Source of the DNA: Octopus sinensis
Taxonomy: Eukaryota
NCBI RefSeq assembly: GCF_006345805.1
Contig: NC_043017.1
Location: 16,926,001 to 16,990,000, forward strand
Direction: 5' to 3'
Length of the DNA: 64,000 nucleotides
In this document: piece after piece, positions 63,678-64,000 of the stretch
Numbering within the stretch: position 1 is the first letter of the stretch
Layout of the letters: the number at the start of each line of letters is the position of its first letter
Program-made: the position numbers and the translations under genes
The notes under the pieces: generated by a model
Told to the model about the DNA's origin: nothing
Database searches by the model: none
Seen by the model: only the letters and a program-made list of their open reading frames with translations

Positions 63678-64000
63678 TACGAACAGCCATGCTACATGGC
63701 AGTGAAACATGGGCCGTGACTGCCGAGGACATGCGTAAGCTCGTGAGGAATGAAGCCAGTATGCTCCGATGGATGTGTAATGTCAGTGTACATACTCGAC
63801 TGAGCGTTAGCACCTTGAGAGAAATGTTGTACCTAAGAAGCATCAGTTGTGGTGTGCAAGAGAGACGATTGCGCTGGTATGGTCATGTGGCGAGAATGGA
63901 TGAAGATAGGTGTGTGAGAAAGTGCCAATCCTTAGCAGTTGAGGGAACCCGTGGAAGAGGTAGACCCAGGAAAACCTGGGACGAGGTGGTGAAGCACGAC
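63678..64000 (+). mobile_element. RTE family B copy (5'-truncated, runs off window)
   Basis: Closely matches 28896-29219 (HGSETW...[10 protein letters not shown]...RGRPRKTW). Confidence 0.92.

Noticed and set aside
61958-63843. Long ORFs of 218-592 aa
   Set aside because: Translations of a stop-free TA/CA/TG microsatellite in both strands

Overview
AT-rich, microsatellite- and transposon-dense eukaryotic genomic DNA. The repeat complement (CORE-type and other tRNA SINEs, RTE, CR1, Penelope, Helitron, mariner, hAT, piggyBac-like MITEs, very long TA/TAC tracts) is most consistent with a coleoid cephalopod such as Octopus (inference, not database-checked). No complete host gene is present. Two CpG-retaining, repeat-poor islands look like promoters: ~7.9-10.4 kb carries the first two coding exons of a minus-strand gene (MADTVGLLKREHA/DLLRVKVIYQSDK...), and ~49.6-53.2 kb carries a candidate plus-strand gene start (MARSW) and a possible divergent transcript. 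The most structured region is 27.4-34.6 kb: Penelope remnants with hammerhead-ribozyme-like motifs, a young RTE retrotransposon with a PHD finger inside its reverse transcriptase and a 3' UTR amplified into an 8-unit nascent satellite, a 314-bp spacerless palindrome, and a recurrent AAATATTAAGATTT motif at retroelement/TA junctions. A 5S rRNA-derived fragment lies at 56.4 kb. Most ORF-track entries are repeat artefacts. Repeat boundaries are read by eye and are approximate unless a TSD/TIR is quoted.
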